Below, piece after piece: positions 12,871 through 25,755 of a DNA stretch of 64,000 nucleotides. The notes beneath the pieces are model-generated. The model was not told the DNA's origin and made no database searches. It saw only the letters and a list, made by a program, of their open reading frames with translations. A program made the translations under genes and the position numbers. Each line of letters starts with the position of its first letter. The stretch's first letter is position 1. Where the stretch lies: contig MU058054.1 of assembly GCA_013265495.1 (NCBI GenBank), positions 434,001-498,000 on the forward strand, in the 5' to 3' direction. This DNA is from Vicugna vicugna (taxonomy: Eukaryota).

Positions 12871-13278
12871 AGTAAGTTGTCTGGGGTGATTTATAGCAGT
12901 GCTCCCCTCTCCTGGAGTAAATAACCTTAAGTTGACTGTCTTTAAATACACCACTGGCAACAATCTAAAAGTTCTGTCATCAAAGGTACAAACAAATGAC
13001 TAGATAAAAAGGGAAACAGTGCTCGGGTTGGCGGAGGCGCCCTCGGAGTGAGAAAGCAGCTCAGTATGCACAGGAGGGACAACCCAGCGCCCAGGAGGTA
13101 CCACGGGGCTATACTCAACGAACAGGGTCGAGGCTTCCCCCGCCCACCACCCAAACCTCAAACCACTTCACTTCCTCTCCGACAACACCTGTGACTCAAG
13201 CTGAGACGGGTGGGGGTGGGATCAAAGCGGTAAGCATCAAAAATTTCACGAGTTTCATAAAATGAATCCAGCACTTAC

Positions 13279-13318
13279 CTTTACAGCTAATATTTTCCCA
13301 CTTGGGACATGATATGCT
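13279..13318 (-). CDS. MAP2K5: MAP2K5 coding exon 9 (40 nt), AYHVPSGKILAVK; catalytic lysine (AVK)
   Basis: Peptide visible inside ORF 13255..13440(-). Acceptor ttctttccatag, donor gtaagt. Confidence 0.98.
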
Positions 13319-14487
13319 CTATGGAAAGAAAAAAAAAACAACAAAAATTCACTTGCGATTACTAAACGACCCATAAAATGGTTAAGGATATAAATGTAAA
13401 TCTGAATACATCCCAGCAAGGGGATATACAACACTTTCAAAGAGCACTAGTAACAGCAGTAATTTGCAGTTCTGTTGAGCTTCATGGTTTACACAACGAT
13501 TCATCACATAGTACCTTAAAATAACCCTCTCAGGGAATGCTCGGATTATTACCACTTTTTTTAGAGCCGAGAACTCTGACACACAGAGAAGTTAAGCAGT
13601 CTGCCCAATGGCACAAAGTCAGTAAGAGGCAACTAGACATCAAATCCAAGTCTTGTAGCTCCAGATCCTTCATGACATACTGTCACTGTGTGTGTGTGTA
13701 GGGGGGGGGTGTCTTCTGTAGCTCTCTGCTAAGCACTGTACTGAGCCACGTAAGACGGGAGGTTTTCCTTTCATTTTAATTATATATTACAGACAAATTA
13801 TATCACTACATTTCATCGAAACAATCTCAAAACACCTGGAACTAGCTATGGTTTAAGACATAAATTCATGTAAGAAGGCACTGAGTTACAAGGTTCAAGT
13901 ATGTGGTTCCTCTTTTCCTAAGGCTGGCATCTCTCAACATTAAAAAAGCTTTAGAACATTCAGAACAAAGTTCAAATGACCAGATACAGTGAAATAATGA
14001 CAATTTAAGTCAAGGAATATGAACACACTCATTTGTGGAAGAGTAAGAGAATAAGGTATGCGGAAATAAAATACCATCACATCTCATCAAAATCTCCTGT
14101 GTTTAAAGGAAATGTGTACATATGTACCACAAGGACTCCACATTCTGACCACTATCCAGAAACAACCTGCTTCACATAAAATTTTCAAAACAAACCACAT
14201 AACATGAACAAGCACTGCTACTGTAAGTCCATGTAACTGTAAAGAAACAAATTAGTTTGGAAAAGCTAAAATCTTGCTCCATAGAGGATTCTGCACATTA
14301 GCCAAGATCGGATTCGTCTTCCTCTCACCCAGCTGGTGTTAAGGTGTAAAACAGGGTAGGGAAGATATGGGGAATGGAATTTAGCTTCTCAGGAATTCCC
14401 TATCCGTATGTGCAAGTTGCAAAATATATTTACCAGGCTCCCAATGTTTACTGGGTAATGACCTAGTAGTGAAAACTGTTCATTTAT

Positions 14488-14620
14488 TATTTTTTTATTG
14501 AGATATAATTGACATGTAATATTATATTACTTTCAGGTGTACAACAGGATTCAATATTTGTATTCACTGCAAAATGATCACCATGATAAGTCTAGTTAAC
14601 ATCCATCACCATACATGTTA
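14488..14620 (-). mobile_element. Short L1 3' end fragment
   Basis: ttttttattgagatataattgaca...ttcaggtgtacaaca...agtctagttaacatccatcacc. Confidence 0.75.
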
Positions 14621-16959
14621 TAAAAATAGCATATTTCATAAAACAAAAACAAAACATATATTCCACTATTACCAAAATGAAAAAAATCATTTTCTGTTGC
14701 TTTGGCAGAAATATTCACGTGGCTACTCTGATAATTTTTTAATAGCTTTACTGAGATATAGTTATATATGGCAGAGTTCACTTGTTTAAAGTATATAATT
14801 TAAGATTTTTTAGCAAATTTACAGAGTTATGCAATCACTGACAAATGTTTTTAAAGTGACTGTCTTAACAGAAATGGTTCAGTTATTAAGAATCTACAAG
14901 TATTTCTAACTTTTCACATATAAAAAATGTCACAAATTCAGGTAAGACTAAGAAAAAAACGTATCAATATATATGTATGTATCCATATATATGATTGTTA
15001 TAAGAAATTCACTCTGCTTTTCCTACTTAAGTGGACAAAGGTCAAACCAATTATGGAAGGTCAACTTAGTCTTTATTTTATCAATTAATTGTAGAGAAAG
15101 TCAGGAATATCTCATTTAAAGGATAAAGGCAAGATTATAAAAACTGGCAATAGTTCACTTTACCAAAGAGTTCTTTAATTTATAAAAGTGTCTAAAGACT
15201 TTCTCTAAACCCCAACCTCCCAAGTGTATTTAAATACTATTAAATTACAAAACTTTTTAAAAATTTTTTTACATTTTGTATAAAGTTACATACATTTTTT
15301 AAAGTGGAACCCCTATACTATATTGGTTTTAGAATAAATTACCCCTTAATTTACCATCACACTTTTACAATGTGAAACTACATGTTACGATTTGATTCAT
15401 GATCTATATAAAGTCATGTAATAAATTAAAATATTAGAAGTTACACTCTATTTTTTTCTCAATGCCTGACAGAGAAGCTGCTGGACTAAGCCAATATGAA
15501 ATGTGATTTGAAGGAATTCAGTAACTTTATTCCAGGTAATATAATATGTAAGATTTAATAATGATATATTATTTTTTCCTCTCTTTCAATTTCAATTTTT
15601 CAAAATACTGCATATTAGAATCACTAACCAAAGACTAAAATGTAAAGATAAATAGCTGAATGCATACATAAAGATTCAAAAGTTGTAATAAGATCAGTGT
15701 TGTTACATTAGACAACAAGCAACACCTGGACATTTTAGACCTATAAGAGTGATAGAAAAATGATTAGTAAATAGTCCAGTATATATAGTATTCTGGACAG
15801 TTTGGCAACTTAATTAGCTTGTTAAGAAAGTTGATCTCTTTTCCAGAAGAAGGGTCTCCTATTTCCAAGTGAATTAAAAGGCGAGGCTTGATGATTTAAT
15901 TATGACACACGCTAATTCATCCGTGGAAGTTTGGGTTTGATTTCCAGCAATAAAGATGCTGCGTGGTTTGGCTTACAGTGCAATGACAGTACCAATTCAA
16001 CATTTAATCGTCACGGAGAAGTGGACGGCAAAGGCAATGCCAAGTATGAGTCAAGTGTGTCCCTTAACGTTGCAAATGGCATTCTACCCAGAGAAAAGGA
16101 ATTCGCTTACTTTCAGTGGATACTGCATCTCGACTGCCTTGACCTTCCTCAACACATTAACTGTAAAGTGATTAATGAAGTTTGAATGGAGAATCCGGTT
16201 ACAGCAAAAGACAACTATACACCTCTGCATTGTTTTAATTAATAGCTAACACTTCAAATTAGTTTGTTGTTGCCACAGTAATTACTTGTTCCAGTGAGTG
16301 CATGGAGGAAGCATTCTTATGAGTTATTTTTAGCGCCGAGTCCTTGAGTGTCCCATTTTGGTTGTGACCAGCACAGAGCTTCTGGGAATAGTCTCAGCTC
16401 TTGAAATTAAGGGCACAATATACATACACTTTAGGACTATAAAAGCCAAGTGGCCTGGTATAAATTTTTTACATGTTTAAAAGTAACAAGGAACCAGCAA
16501 AAGAGAACATGTATATTTTTCAAACTTTCTTACTTTCTTTTTCCACTTGGAACAATAGGTTCTAGATGACTGGACAAAAATGTTGGTACCAACCTCTAAT
16601 TTTGGTAGAGTACAGAATCAGACAATGCACTGGACAAGTAGGTAACAGAGAACTGTCTAATCTTATCCATTCCTTTTATAGTAGAAACATCTAAAAGCCA
16701 AGTTAAAAAACCTGTCTAAGCTCACACAGTTGGTCAATGGCAAAGCCAAGAGTGGACCTGAGACAGAATACACATATTTTAGGACCTAAAAAAAAAAATA
16801 TGTGGTGATGTTTAAGTTTTCTTAGCTGCATTCTATGGCAGGGAAACTCAGTTCAAAACTTACAAAGGTATTGCCCTATTTCAATCAGGCTAAGGACCGT
16901 CACACTGAATCTTTCCAAGCAAAGAAGCATTCTGCAAACACTACCAATCCACCACGGGA

Positions 16960-17195
16960 GGCAGAAGAGCAAAGGGGGTACGTGGGCTGTAAGTCACTGC
17001 CCGGGTTCCGATGCCAGTTCTGCCATTTCCAAATATGAATCTGGACAATTATTAAACCTGACCTTGTCTCAGGTGCCTCAAGCCTGAAAAGGGGAAATCA
17101 GCCCCTACCTTACAGGTTTGTGAGGGTCAGTGAGGTAATATAATTAAAGCAGTGAAGACAGGACCTGGCACACAGGAAGCAAGCATTAAACGCTA
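16960..17195 (+). mobile_element. MIR SINE
   Basis: ctgcccgggttccgatgccagttctgccattt...cctaccttacaggtttgtgagg...cctggcacacaggaagc. Confidence 0.75.
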
Positions 17196-18104
17196 GGAAG
17201 TTAGAAAGTTTTCAGGGTTGCTAGGTTTTCTAAGAGTAAAACCCGCAAAAACAGAGTGAAAAAGAGTTACCTCTGTGCTCTGAGTCAGGCTACGTGCTCT
17301 ACAAAGGAAGGCTAATAAAGTTCTAATAATGACGACTTATAAAAAGCCACAATACAGCATTTACTGTCAAGAAAGGCAAGTAGTGTGATTTCATATTGAA
17401 CCAACTTTGAAGACCAAGAATCAGTCATCCAAAATGCTATGATTATACCATAATTCAAATTCTAGACTTCTTACCATGTTTCTCTCCTGCCCACGACTGT
17501 AACTTAATCACACTCAGGCAGATGTGATGAGTCCCACACGCCAGGTATTCATCTCAGCAGAAACACCATTGGACAGTAACTGTTCCTAAATAAGAAGCCT
17601 AATTTTTCATTCTTCTTGGATTAACAGAAAAATGTAAGCTACTCTAAAAAAGAAAAAAACCCACACTCTTTCCTTTCATATACACCCTTATAGACTATAA
17701 AAATTTGAGACTTCTCCTAGTCTTCAGACTATATTAGTATCTCTGTTATAATCCCTAGCATACTGCAGACAAATCGTTTATGTCTGCCTCCTGTACTGGG
17801 CAGGGAACACTACCATGTCTTAATCATCTTTGCATTCTCTACACTCTGCACAAATATTGGTCCACAAGCAGGTACTCCAAACTTAATAAATGTTTGACAA
17901 ATGATTATTACTTTTGGATGGAAAAAAAAATCTATCCTTGGATAGTGCTTTACAAAGAAATTCTACATGCATTTAATTGATTAATTCCAAAATCTTATAA
18001 GTCGGAGTAGGAGTTATTTTTCCCCAGCTTTAAGATACAGTTGACATACACATAAGTAGAAGTTATGATCATCCCCATTTTATGGGTAGATTTCTAACTG
18101 CTGA

Positions 18105-18535
18105 ATGAAAAGTCCTTACAAGGACTTCATGATTGGCCCCTTGATTATTCAATGATTTCTGCTTCTACCAATCTCCCTTATCCATAGTACTCACTGTGTT
18201 CCACCAAACATCTTTCTGCCTCAGGCCATTCGCACCTACTCCTCAGGCTTGGACCACTCTTCCTCCAATATCCACTTGGCTTGCTCCATCACTTCCTTCA
18301 GATTCAATGTGACTTCTTTGACCATCCTACATAAAAAAGCCCATTCTCTCTTTCTTTATTCTTCATAGAATTCATCAATACCTTATACAATTTATTTATT
18401 ATCTATCTCCTACCACTAGAAAGGAAGCTCTGTGAAACAGGGACTTTTCTTGTTTTTGTGGCTCACTACTGTATCTCCAGTGCCTAAAATTGTGCTGGGC
18501 ACATTTTATAAATATTTGTTGAATGAATGAATAAA
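18105..18535 (+). mobile_element. LINE-2 3' end
   Basis: Ends ccagtgcctaaaattgtgctgggcaca...aaatatttgttgaatgaatgaat, the canonical L2 terminus. Confidence 0.85.
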
Positions 18536-18539
18536 TTCC

Positions 18540-20920
18540 CTTAACTGCTACAGATCTATTTTTACTTTTTATTTTTCTTAAGACAGTTTTGGGGTTTTTT
18601 TTGAGGAAATTGTCCATTTTCTGTCTTCAAGTTTATTGCCATGAAGTTCTTCATTATATCCTTTTATGTTTAAAATCTCCACTCTGTCTAGAATTATGTC
18701 CCCTTTGTAAATTCCAATTTTGCTATTTGTGTTCTTCTGTTATGCTTGATCAATTTTTCATAACAAACTGTTGTTGGTTTTCTTGAATTGTTTCTTGAGT
18801 TTTAATTTTCTTAATTTTTTTTAACATTTTTTATTGATTTATAATCATTTTACAATGTTGTGTCAAATTCCAGTGTTCAGCACAATTTTTCAGTCATTCA
18901 TGGACATATATATACACTCATTGTCACATTTTTTTCTCTGTGAGTTATCATAACATTTTGTGTATATTTCCCTGTGCTATATACAGTGTAATCTTGTTTA
19001 TCTATTCTACAATTTTGAAATCCCAGTCTATCCCTTCCCACCCTCCACCCCCCTGGCAACCACAAGTCTGTATTCTCTGTCTATGAGTCTATTTCTGTCC
19101 TGTATTTACGCTTTGTTTTTGTTTATTTTTTTGTTTTTTTTTTTTAGATTCCACATATGAGCGATCTCATATGGTATTTTTCTTTCTCTTTCTGGCTTAT
19201 TCACTTAGAATGACATTCTCCAGGAGCATCCATGTTGCTGCAAATGGCATTTAATTTCATTAATTTTTTTCTTTAGAATTCCTGCCCCTTCACTCTCTTT
19301 GGGTTTAACCCGTTCCCTTAAAAAAATTTATTTTTTCTTGAGTTAGATATTAAGCCTATTAATATTCAATTTTTATTTTCTAACATATATACAAAAAACT
19401 ATCCTTTAAGTATGACTTGGACTGCAGCTCATGAGTTTTCATATATGATATTTCTTGATTGTTCAGTTGTAAATATTTTTATTCCATTATGATGTATTAT
19501 ATGATCCATAAATTATTCAGAATTTATGTGTGTAATTTAAGCTCAAAATGAATAAGATAAACTTATTATTGATTTCTAAACTAGTTGTATTATACTCAGA
19601 AAAAGTGACCTGTATGTTATAAACTTTAGTGAGACTTGCTTTATGCCCTAATACATAGTTTTTAAAAATAAGTTTTCTGTACCTAAAAATAACATATACT
19701 CAATTTGAACAATAAAGAGTGCTAGATGATCATGAAATCAACCTGTAAACTGTGGTATTAAACTCTCCTATATCCTTAGTAATTTTGGTCTAATTGACCT
19801 ATTGATTACTGAGACACATTTTCCCACTATGATTGTGGATTTATAAAATTTTCCTTGTAATTCTGTCAATTTTTTGCTTTATATATTTTAAGGTTATGTT
19901 ATTAGTTACATACAAGTTTAGGACTATTATGTATTCACAGTCTTTTTCTTCTATCATCATATAGCAGTTCTTTTTATCCTCATTCCTATATATATATATA
20001 TAAAAAACCCGAAAACTTCTTGTCTTAAAGTCTGCTTTGTCTTGTATTAATATACCCACAACAACTTTCTATTAATTAGTTTTTGCCTGGTATCTTTCCA
20101 CCAGCCTTTTCCTTTCGACCTTTCTCTGTCTTTATGTATTAGGAATATATCCTAAAATAGTCAAAAATAGCGGATAGCTGTATTTTTTAAAGTTCCATCT
20201 GACCAATCTACTAACTGGCAATATTAGTGTACTTACATTTAATGAATGATTGATATACATGGATTTATTTCTACCACCTTACTCATTTACTTTACACTTC
20301 TCTCTGTCTTTCTCTCTCAACTATATTGGATTATTCCCCTCTTTTCCCTTTATCTGTTTTGAAGTTACATATTTCATTTATCTTTTAGTTATTACCCATA
20401 CATTTTAAAATCATACCTAACTTAAAAAAATATGAAGTCAATTGCTATTGCTATTCTTCTCTCAAATATCAAAATCCTAGAATGCTTTAATTCTACTCAG
20501 CTCTTCTCATCTTACATTATTTTTTCCAGTCTTTTTGTTTGACTTCATTTTGAAGTTCCTAAATTAATCACTACAAGGGTTGTTTTATATCATCACGTTT
20601 ATCTAAATAGTAGCCGTTCTTTCTTTCATTTTATTCCTTTCTGGATTCAATTGGATTCAATTTCGTTCTACCTGAAGCATTTCCCTCAGTAATAAACTAA
20701 CTCTCCCCCTTCCCTATTGATCTATCTTTTTCTCTCTCCCTCTGTCTATACCTACATACACACACATATATATTCTTTTATATTCATTTCTGACAATGTA
20801 TTTATTTTGCCCTCATTCTTGAATGATGGTTTAACGGAGACAATTACCCCCTTTCCATCTTTTGAGGATGCCATTGCCTTTCAGCTTTTATTTTTGCTGT
20901 TGAAAGTTGGCTCTACCTAA
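18540..20920 (-). mobile_element. Old degenerate L1 (ORF2 N-terminal region), host of a younger L1 insert
   Basis: T-rich + strand. Minus ORF 19841..20059 (ILIQDKADFKTR...IIVLNLYVTNN...YIKQK) resembles L1 endonuclease. Confidence 0.8.
18815..19249 (-). mobile_element. Young 5'-truncated lineage-specific L1 3' end
   Basis: Poly(T) then an L1 3' UTR through catccatgttgctgcaaatggcat. Imperfect TSD TTTAATTT(TC/CA)TTAA at 18801 and 19250. Confidence 0.9.
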
Positions 20921-22074
20921 TTTGCTGGCCAATAAATGCCACTGAAGGTTCTTGAACCAAGAAGTGATACAAGCAGATCTTAACTTTAAAAATCCTTACT
21001 CTGGCTGCAGATGACCACAATACTACTGGAAAGAAGAAGAAGCCATAGAGAGCAAGGAGCACTTAGAAAGCTGTTACAGTAGTCTATGTAAGAGGTGGTG
21101 ACATGAACTTCCATATATCATAAATGGATAAGGGCATACAGGTACAAAAGACTTTGGTCAAAGAGAATTTATAAAATATGGGGATGAGGAAGATGAATCT
21201 AAAATTTTAAGTTAAGATGACAGGAGAATTACAGTATTTACTGACAGAACTAGAAGAATCTTACCTAGTCAGCCTTACACTAACTATACAGTCCTGCACT
21301 TTTCAGCTCCATGAGGGCTGAGACCATATCCACCGCATTCAACAATGTGTATACACTGTATCAGTATCTAGCACAATGCTCATCACACAGTAGATACTCA
21401 AATAGGAGTTAATACATAAACGGGGTAGTCAGGGGAAGGGAGACAGAAAAAGGAAACAGGGGGAACTAACAATTCCTGAGTCCACAGAATTATTCAGATT
21501 TCCACATGATGATGTAACATAAGCCGCACTTTACAGATAATAATAGACTCAGGATATTAAGGTATTAAGAAACTCACTCAGTGTAATAAGAATTCATAAG
21601 TGGCAGATACAGGATTCAAACCTGGGTCTATCTGAATTCAACCCTTGTGCTCTTTCCAGTATAGAGAGTATACGCAGAGAATGATTTGAAAAATATTTAC
21701 TTCCAGATACTGTGAATGTCGAAGGTGGGATTCAGAAAAAGAATCATTAAAATTCCACCTACCAGATTCCCCACCTTGTGGTTTATGTGGTTGAATTTAT
21801 CCATCGGCATCGACTACTCTGATGCTTTATGATACTTTACATGTTGCCGGTATGAATTATTATTTCTCTTCAAATTGTTATGTAACTTCATTAGGGTATG
21901 CTTTATTTAACTATACTGGAAACTCTAATTACCAAACTATGCTATAAATTCTTTATATAGGGTCTATGTCTTATTCCACCTTATTTTACGTTTCAAGGGC
22001 AAAGTCAAGATACATTGGTCCATTGCTGTACCCCCAACTTCTACGACTGTATATGACACACACTCAGATATTTA

Positions 22075-23090
22075 GTTTATGTATCCAACAAATAATGTAT
22101 GTCTCCAGCTGCCAAGCTGAGCACTCTGGATGGAGTAGAGAACTAACCAGACAAAGTCCCTGCTCTCATGGAGCCTACTTTCTAATGGGGGAAGGCTGAC
22201 AACAATCAAATAAATAAACAATATGTTGGGTAGCAGACGTGCAATAAAAAAGAATAAAGGTAGGGATATAAAGAGTGATCAAGATTAGGGGCATTGTTTT
22301 TTCATATGAGTGGTGGGAGGAAATTAGGGAATGCTCCTCTCATTAGGTTATATTTGAGCAGTAAGGGAGCACGCCACTTAGGGAGGTGGAAAAGGAGGAC
22401 TCCAGGCAAAGGAAATGTTAAGTTCAATGGTCCTAAGGTAGAAGCGGGTGTTCGACACGTGTGTGATCGTGAAAGCAGCAAGATGGCAAGCTGTGGGAGA
22501 CAAGGTCAGAAAGGTAAGGGGAGGACAGATTGTGCAGGACCACGGAGGCCATGCTGAGGACTTTGGCTACCATTCCGAGTGACATAAGAAGTCATGAGCC
22601 CAGGGGGACAGGTTCTATTTTAAAAAGATCACTTTGGCTGCTGGGTGGAGAGAACGCGGTGTAGGAAAGCAAGGATAGAAACTCGGAGACCAGATGGGAG
22701 GCTACTGCCAATAATCCTTCAAGAGATAAGAGAGGCTTAGAATAGGGCTGTGGACGAGAGGTGGTTGGCTTCCTGAAACAGTTTTGAGGAAAAGTCAATA
22801 GGATGTGAGGGTTAATATGCTGGATGGTCTGAGAGAAAAAGGAAGATCAACTGCCAACTTTTCGTCATGAGCAGCCTGTAGGAGAGTCCTCCATTTATGC
22901 AGATTGGAAACGCCATAGAAGGAGCAGGTTTCAAAGGAAATAAGACGCAGTCTGTGGTAACTTTGAAATGCCTAAGAAACATTCAGCTGGTAAGCAATGA
23001 GTCTTAAGTTCAGGACAGAGGACAGGGAAAAAGATATACATTTGGGCTTCACCAACATAAAGATGGTATGTAAAGCCATGGAACTACAAA
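22075..23090 (-). mobile_element. LINE-2 fragment
   Basis: acagacaaagtccctgctctcatggagcctactttctaatgggg-like and aaagatcactttggctgctgggtggag L2 text. Confidence 0.8.
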
Positions 23091-24665
23091 AATCTCACTT
23101 AGGAATTAAATTGAAACTGGACCCAAGTCACTCCAAATCCAGAAGTCAGTACCTTGCACAGAGTAGATATCCAAAAGAAAATGTGACTGATTTCAAAAGC
23201 AGTATTTGGGGACCAATACAATTAATCCCATTATCTGCTATTTGAAATATTAAAGGCGGGTCTAGTACAATACATACAACACAAGAGGTGTGCTCACCTC
23301 CATCTACACCCTAGTGAGAATTTATTACAAGATACATCCGGCCAAAAAATAAACTGAATTTCTATAAGAATCTTCAAAGTGAGTAAGGAAAAAAAAATTG
23401 AAAACAAAATGTTAAAAAGTCCTACATTCACACAGGACATAAGGGAGAAACAACCTGTGTTCGCATTCCAACATCTGGACTCCCACACAAATTTATGTCA
23501 TGCGTAAGATCAACTGCATCTGTATTTTACAGTGTTTACTGAAATTATTTATGCTTGGAATTTCAAATTCTAGGAGAACCAAAAAAAATAAATAAATAAT
23601 CGTCCCAGCTGACTCCTGTTCACAAAATAAATAACCTAGAGCTGATCATATATTTTCTGATAAAGCTTGCACAATCTCACACAATTAAAGTAGGCATCTA
23701 ATTTCTGTGGCATTATTCTGCATATTAATTTCTGAACACAGTCTAATCAAATTATTTTCAACTATGAGGAGAAAGAATTTATAATAGGAAATATCTGTGC
23801 TTCTCTAGTGACTGTGAGGTGCGATATAATTTAAGTACGGAGGAGCAGACCTATGATCTGACTGTCAATATTTCATATTTCAGCATAACTGATAATATGA
23901 TATGTGATAAATGTCAACTTGTTAGCAAAATGGTCATCATGCGTAGGGAAATATCTCACCCCCACCTTTTTTTGCCTCTTAGAGCACGGCTCTCAAGACT
24001 AATTGCATGTATGATGACTTTTAATCACGATGGAAAAACAAGAACACGGAAATGACAACACTGCCACTGTCCTGTGAAGGGGGCAGGGCAGTTCTTTCAT
24101 ACAGCATGTGGAATAAATGCCACTGACTTAAGTTCCACTTCTCACATAGCATACTTCATAAAAGGTTAGTGGAAAGAGGGACACAATTACTCTGTGAATT
24201 ATTTATAGAGCATTATCAATTGCTGGAAATTCTCCAAATGGATGGGAAAACCTAAGAAAACAATCCAGTCACTAAAAATGGTGAAAGCAGTAGTTAAGAT
24301 ACGGCGGAAAAACATACGTACACAAACAAAACAGAACTCTTTTGTTATCTTGTGGGATTAATTAAAAAAAAGAAAACAACTCTGGATGTTGCCTTTTAAT
24401 GCAATGACACGTTTTCAGTAACCACATATAAACTGGCTATGGTTCAGTTAATTAAAAATGTTCTATTGCTTGATCTTTTAAGAGATTTGTTCTCTTGGTA
24501 GGTTTCTTGGGGGGTGGAGTTTTACCAGTATGTCACATACAAAAATAGCCATCCACAGAAAAAAATTCAAATAGTTTCAGGGAAATCAACACTGACAGTT
24601 GTTGCCTTCCATAATAGATAAACACATTAGCCAAGCGCTAGCTGTTAAAACAGGAAATCCAAAGT

Positions 24666-24749
24666 AAACAGCAGTTGTAAAAGGCTTGTATAAAAGCTGT
24701 ACTAGTCAAACAGCAGTTGTAAAAGGCTTTTATAAAAGCTGTACTAGTC
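24666..24749. repeat. Tandem duplication, 2 x 42 bp (1 mismatch)
   Basis: AAACAGCAGTTGTAAAAGGCTT(G/T)TATAAAAGCTGTACTAGTC twice, followed by a partial third start (AAACAACAGT). Confidence 0.95.
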
Positions 24750-25539
24750 AAACAACAGTCTATGCCAACCTTCCTTCTGCCTAAAAACCCATTACAGATG
24801 CTTGGCTACTGATTGTAAAATAATTTACGGATAAGCAACAGCCCCCCCTCCCTTAGACTGTTTAAGCACCAAATCAAACTTGTTATTAGGTTATAGTTAT
24901 TAAGAATTCTTTCGAGACGGTGATCAGACACAGGGCTCACAAATCAACCTACCGTATAACACGGGGAACTTGGCAGGCTTAGAAAGAGTTTCAGTCAGAG
25001 AGAAGCTACCATTACTCTACATTTTTATCATTTCTTCTTCTTTCTACTTACTTTGGTTACACACCCTTTTTACTCCCACGCCTGCCTCAAAGGTAACGTG
25101 GTCATCACTGCCTCCATATTTCTTCTGTAAGTTGATTTGGCCTGATTCAAGCCTTTACCACTCCCCACATCAACCAGAGTAATGTCTTTTAATATATGGG
25201 CTAACTACCTTTGAGATCAAGGAAGCTACAGTCAGAGTGATCTCTTGATCAAAGCTTCTGAAAGGATGTAACGGGCAAAACAGAGAGGCAAGAGGTATAA
25301 AGGCTAACAATGATAGTGCAAGAATGAGAGGCGGCAGTGAGGCCATGGCACATGGGAGAAAACAGGAATATCCTGAGGGGTAACTAGCTAGAAAATTTCT
25401 CTCCTGAAATGGCTTGATTACAATATAATCTCTGCTCACAGCTTCTTGGTGGAAAGCTAACTACAGATCACCTTCCAAGATCACATACAAAAATAGCTAT
25501 TTCAGGAAGCCTCCTTCTACTAGTAATTAATATTCGATT

Positions 25540-25755
25540 GTGCCTTGTGGTTTATAAAAAATTTTTTAATATTGGGAAGCTATTAAATTTGTATAAAGAT
25601 TTGTAAGGTAGGTATTCTTACTATCCCAATTTTATAGATAAGGAAACCAAGGCTTGGTGAACCAGGCTAACGACTGTTTCAAGACTCCCATCTCCTAGCT
25701 CTGGAGTGGGACGTGGGTTCAAGTCCTCTGAAGCCAGATCCAATGCACGCCCTAA
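25540..25755 (-). mobile_element. MIR SINE
   Basis: ggtaggtattcttactatcccaattttatagataaggaaaccaaggctt. Confidence 0.75.

Noticed and set aside
15931..16185. ORFs in the enhancer-like block as micropeptides
   Set aside because: Antisense to the host gene, no homology recognised, and lengths are within chance expectation.
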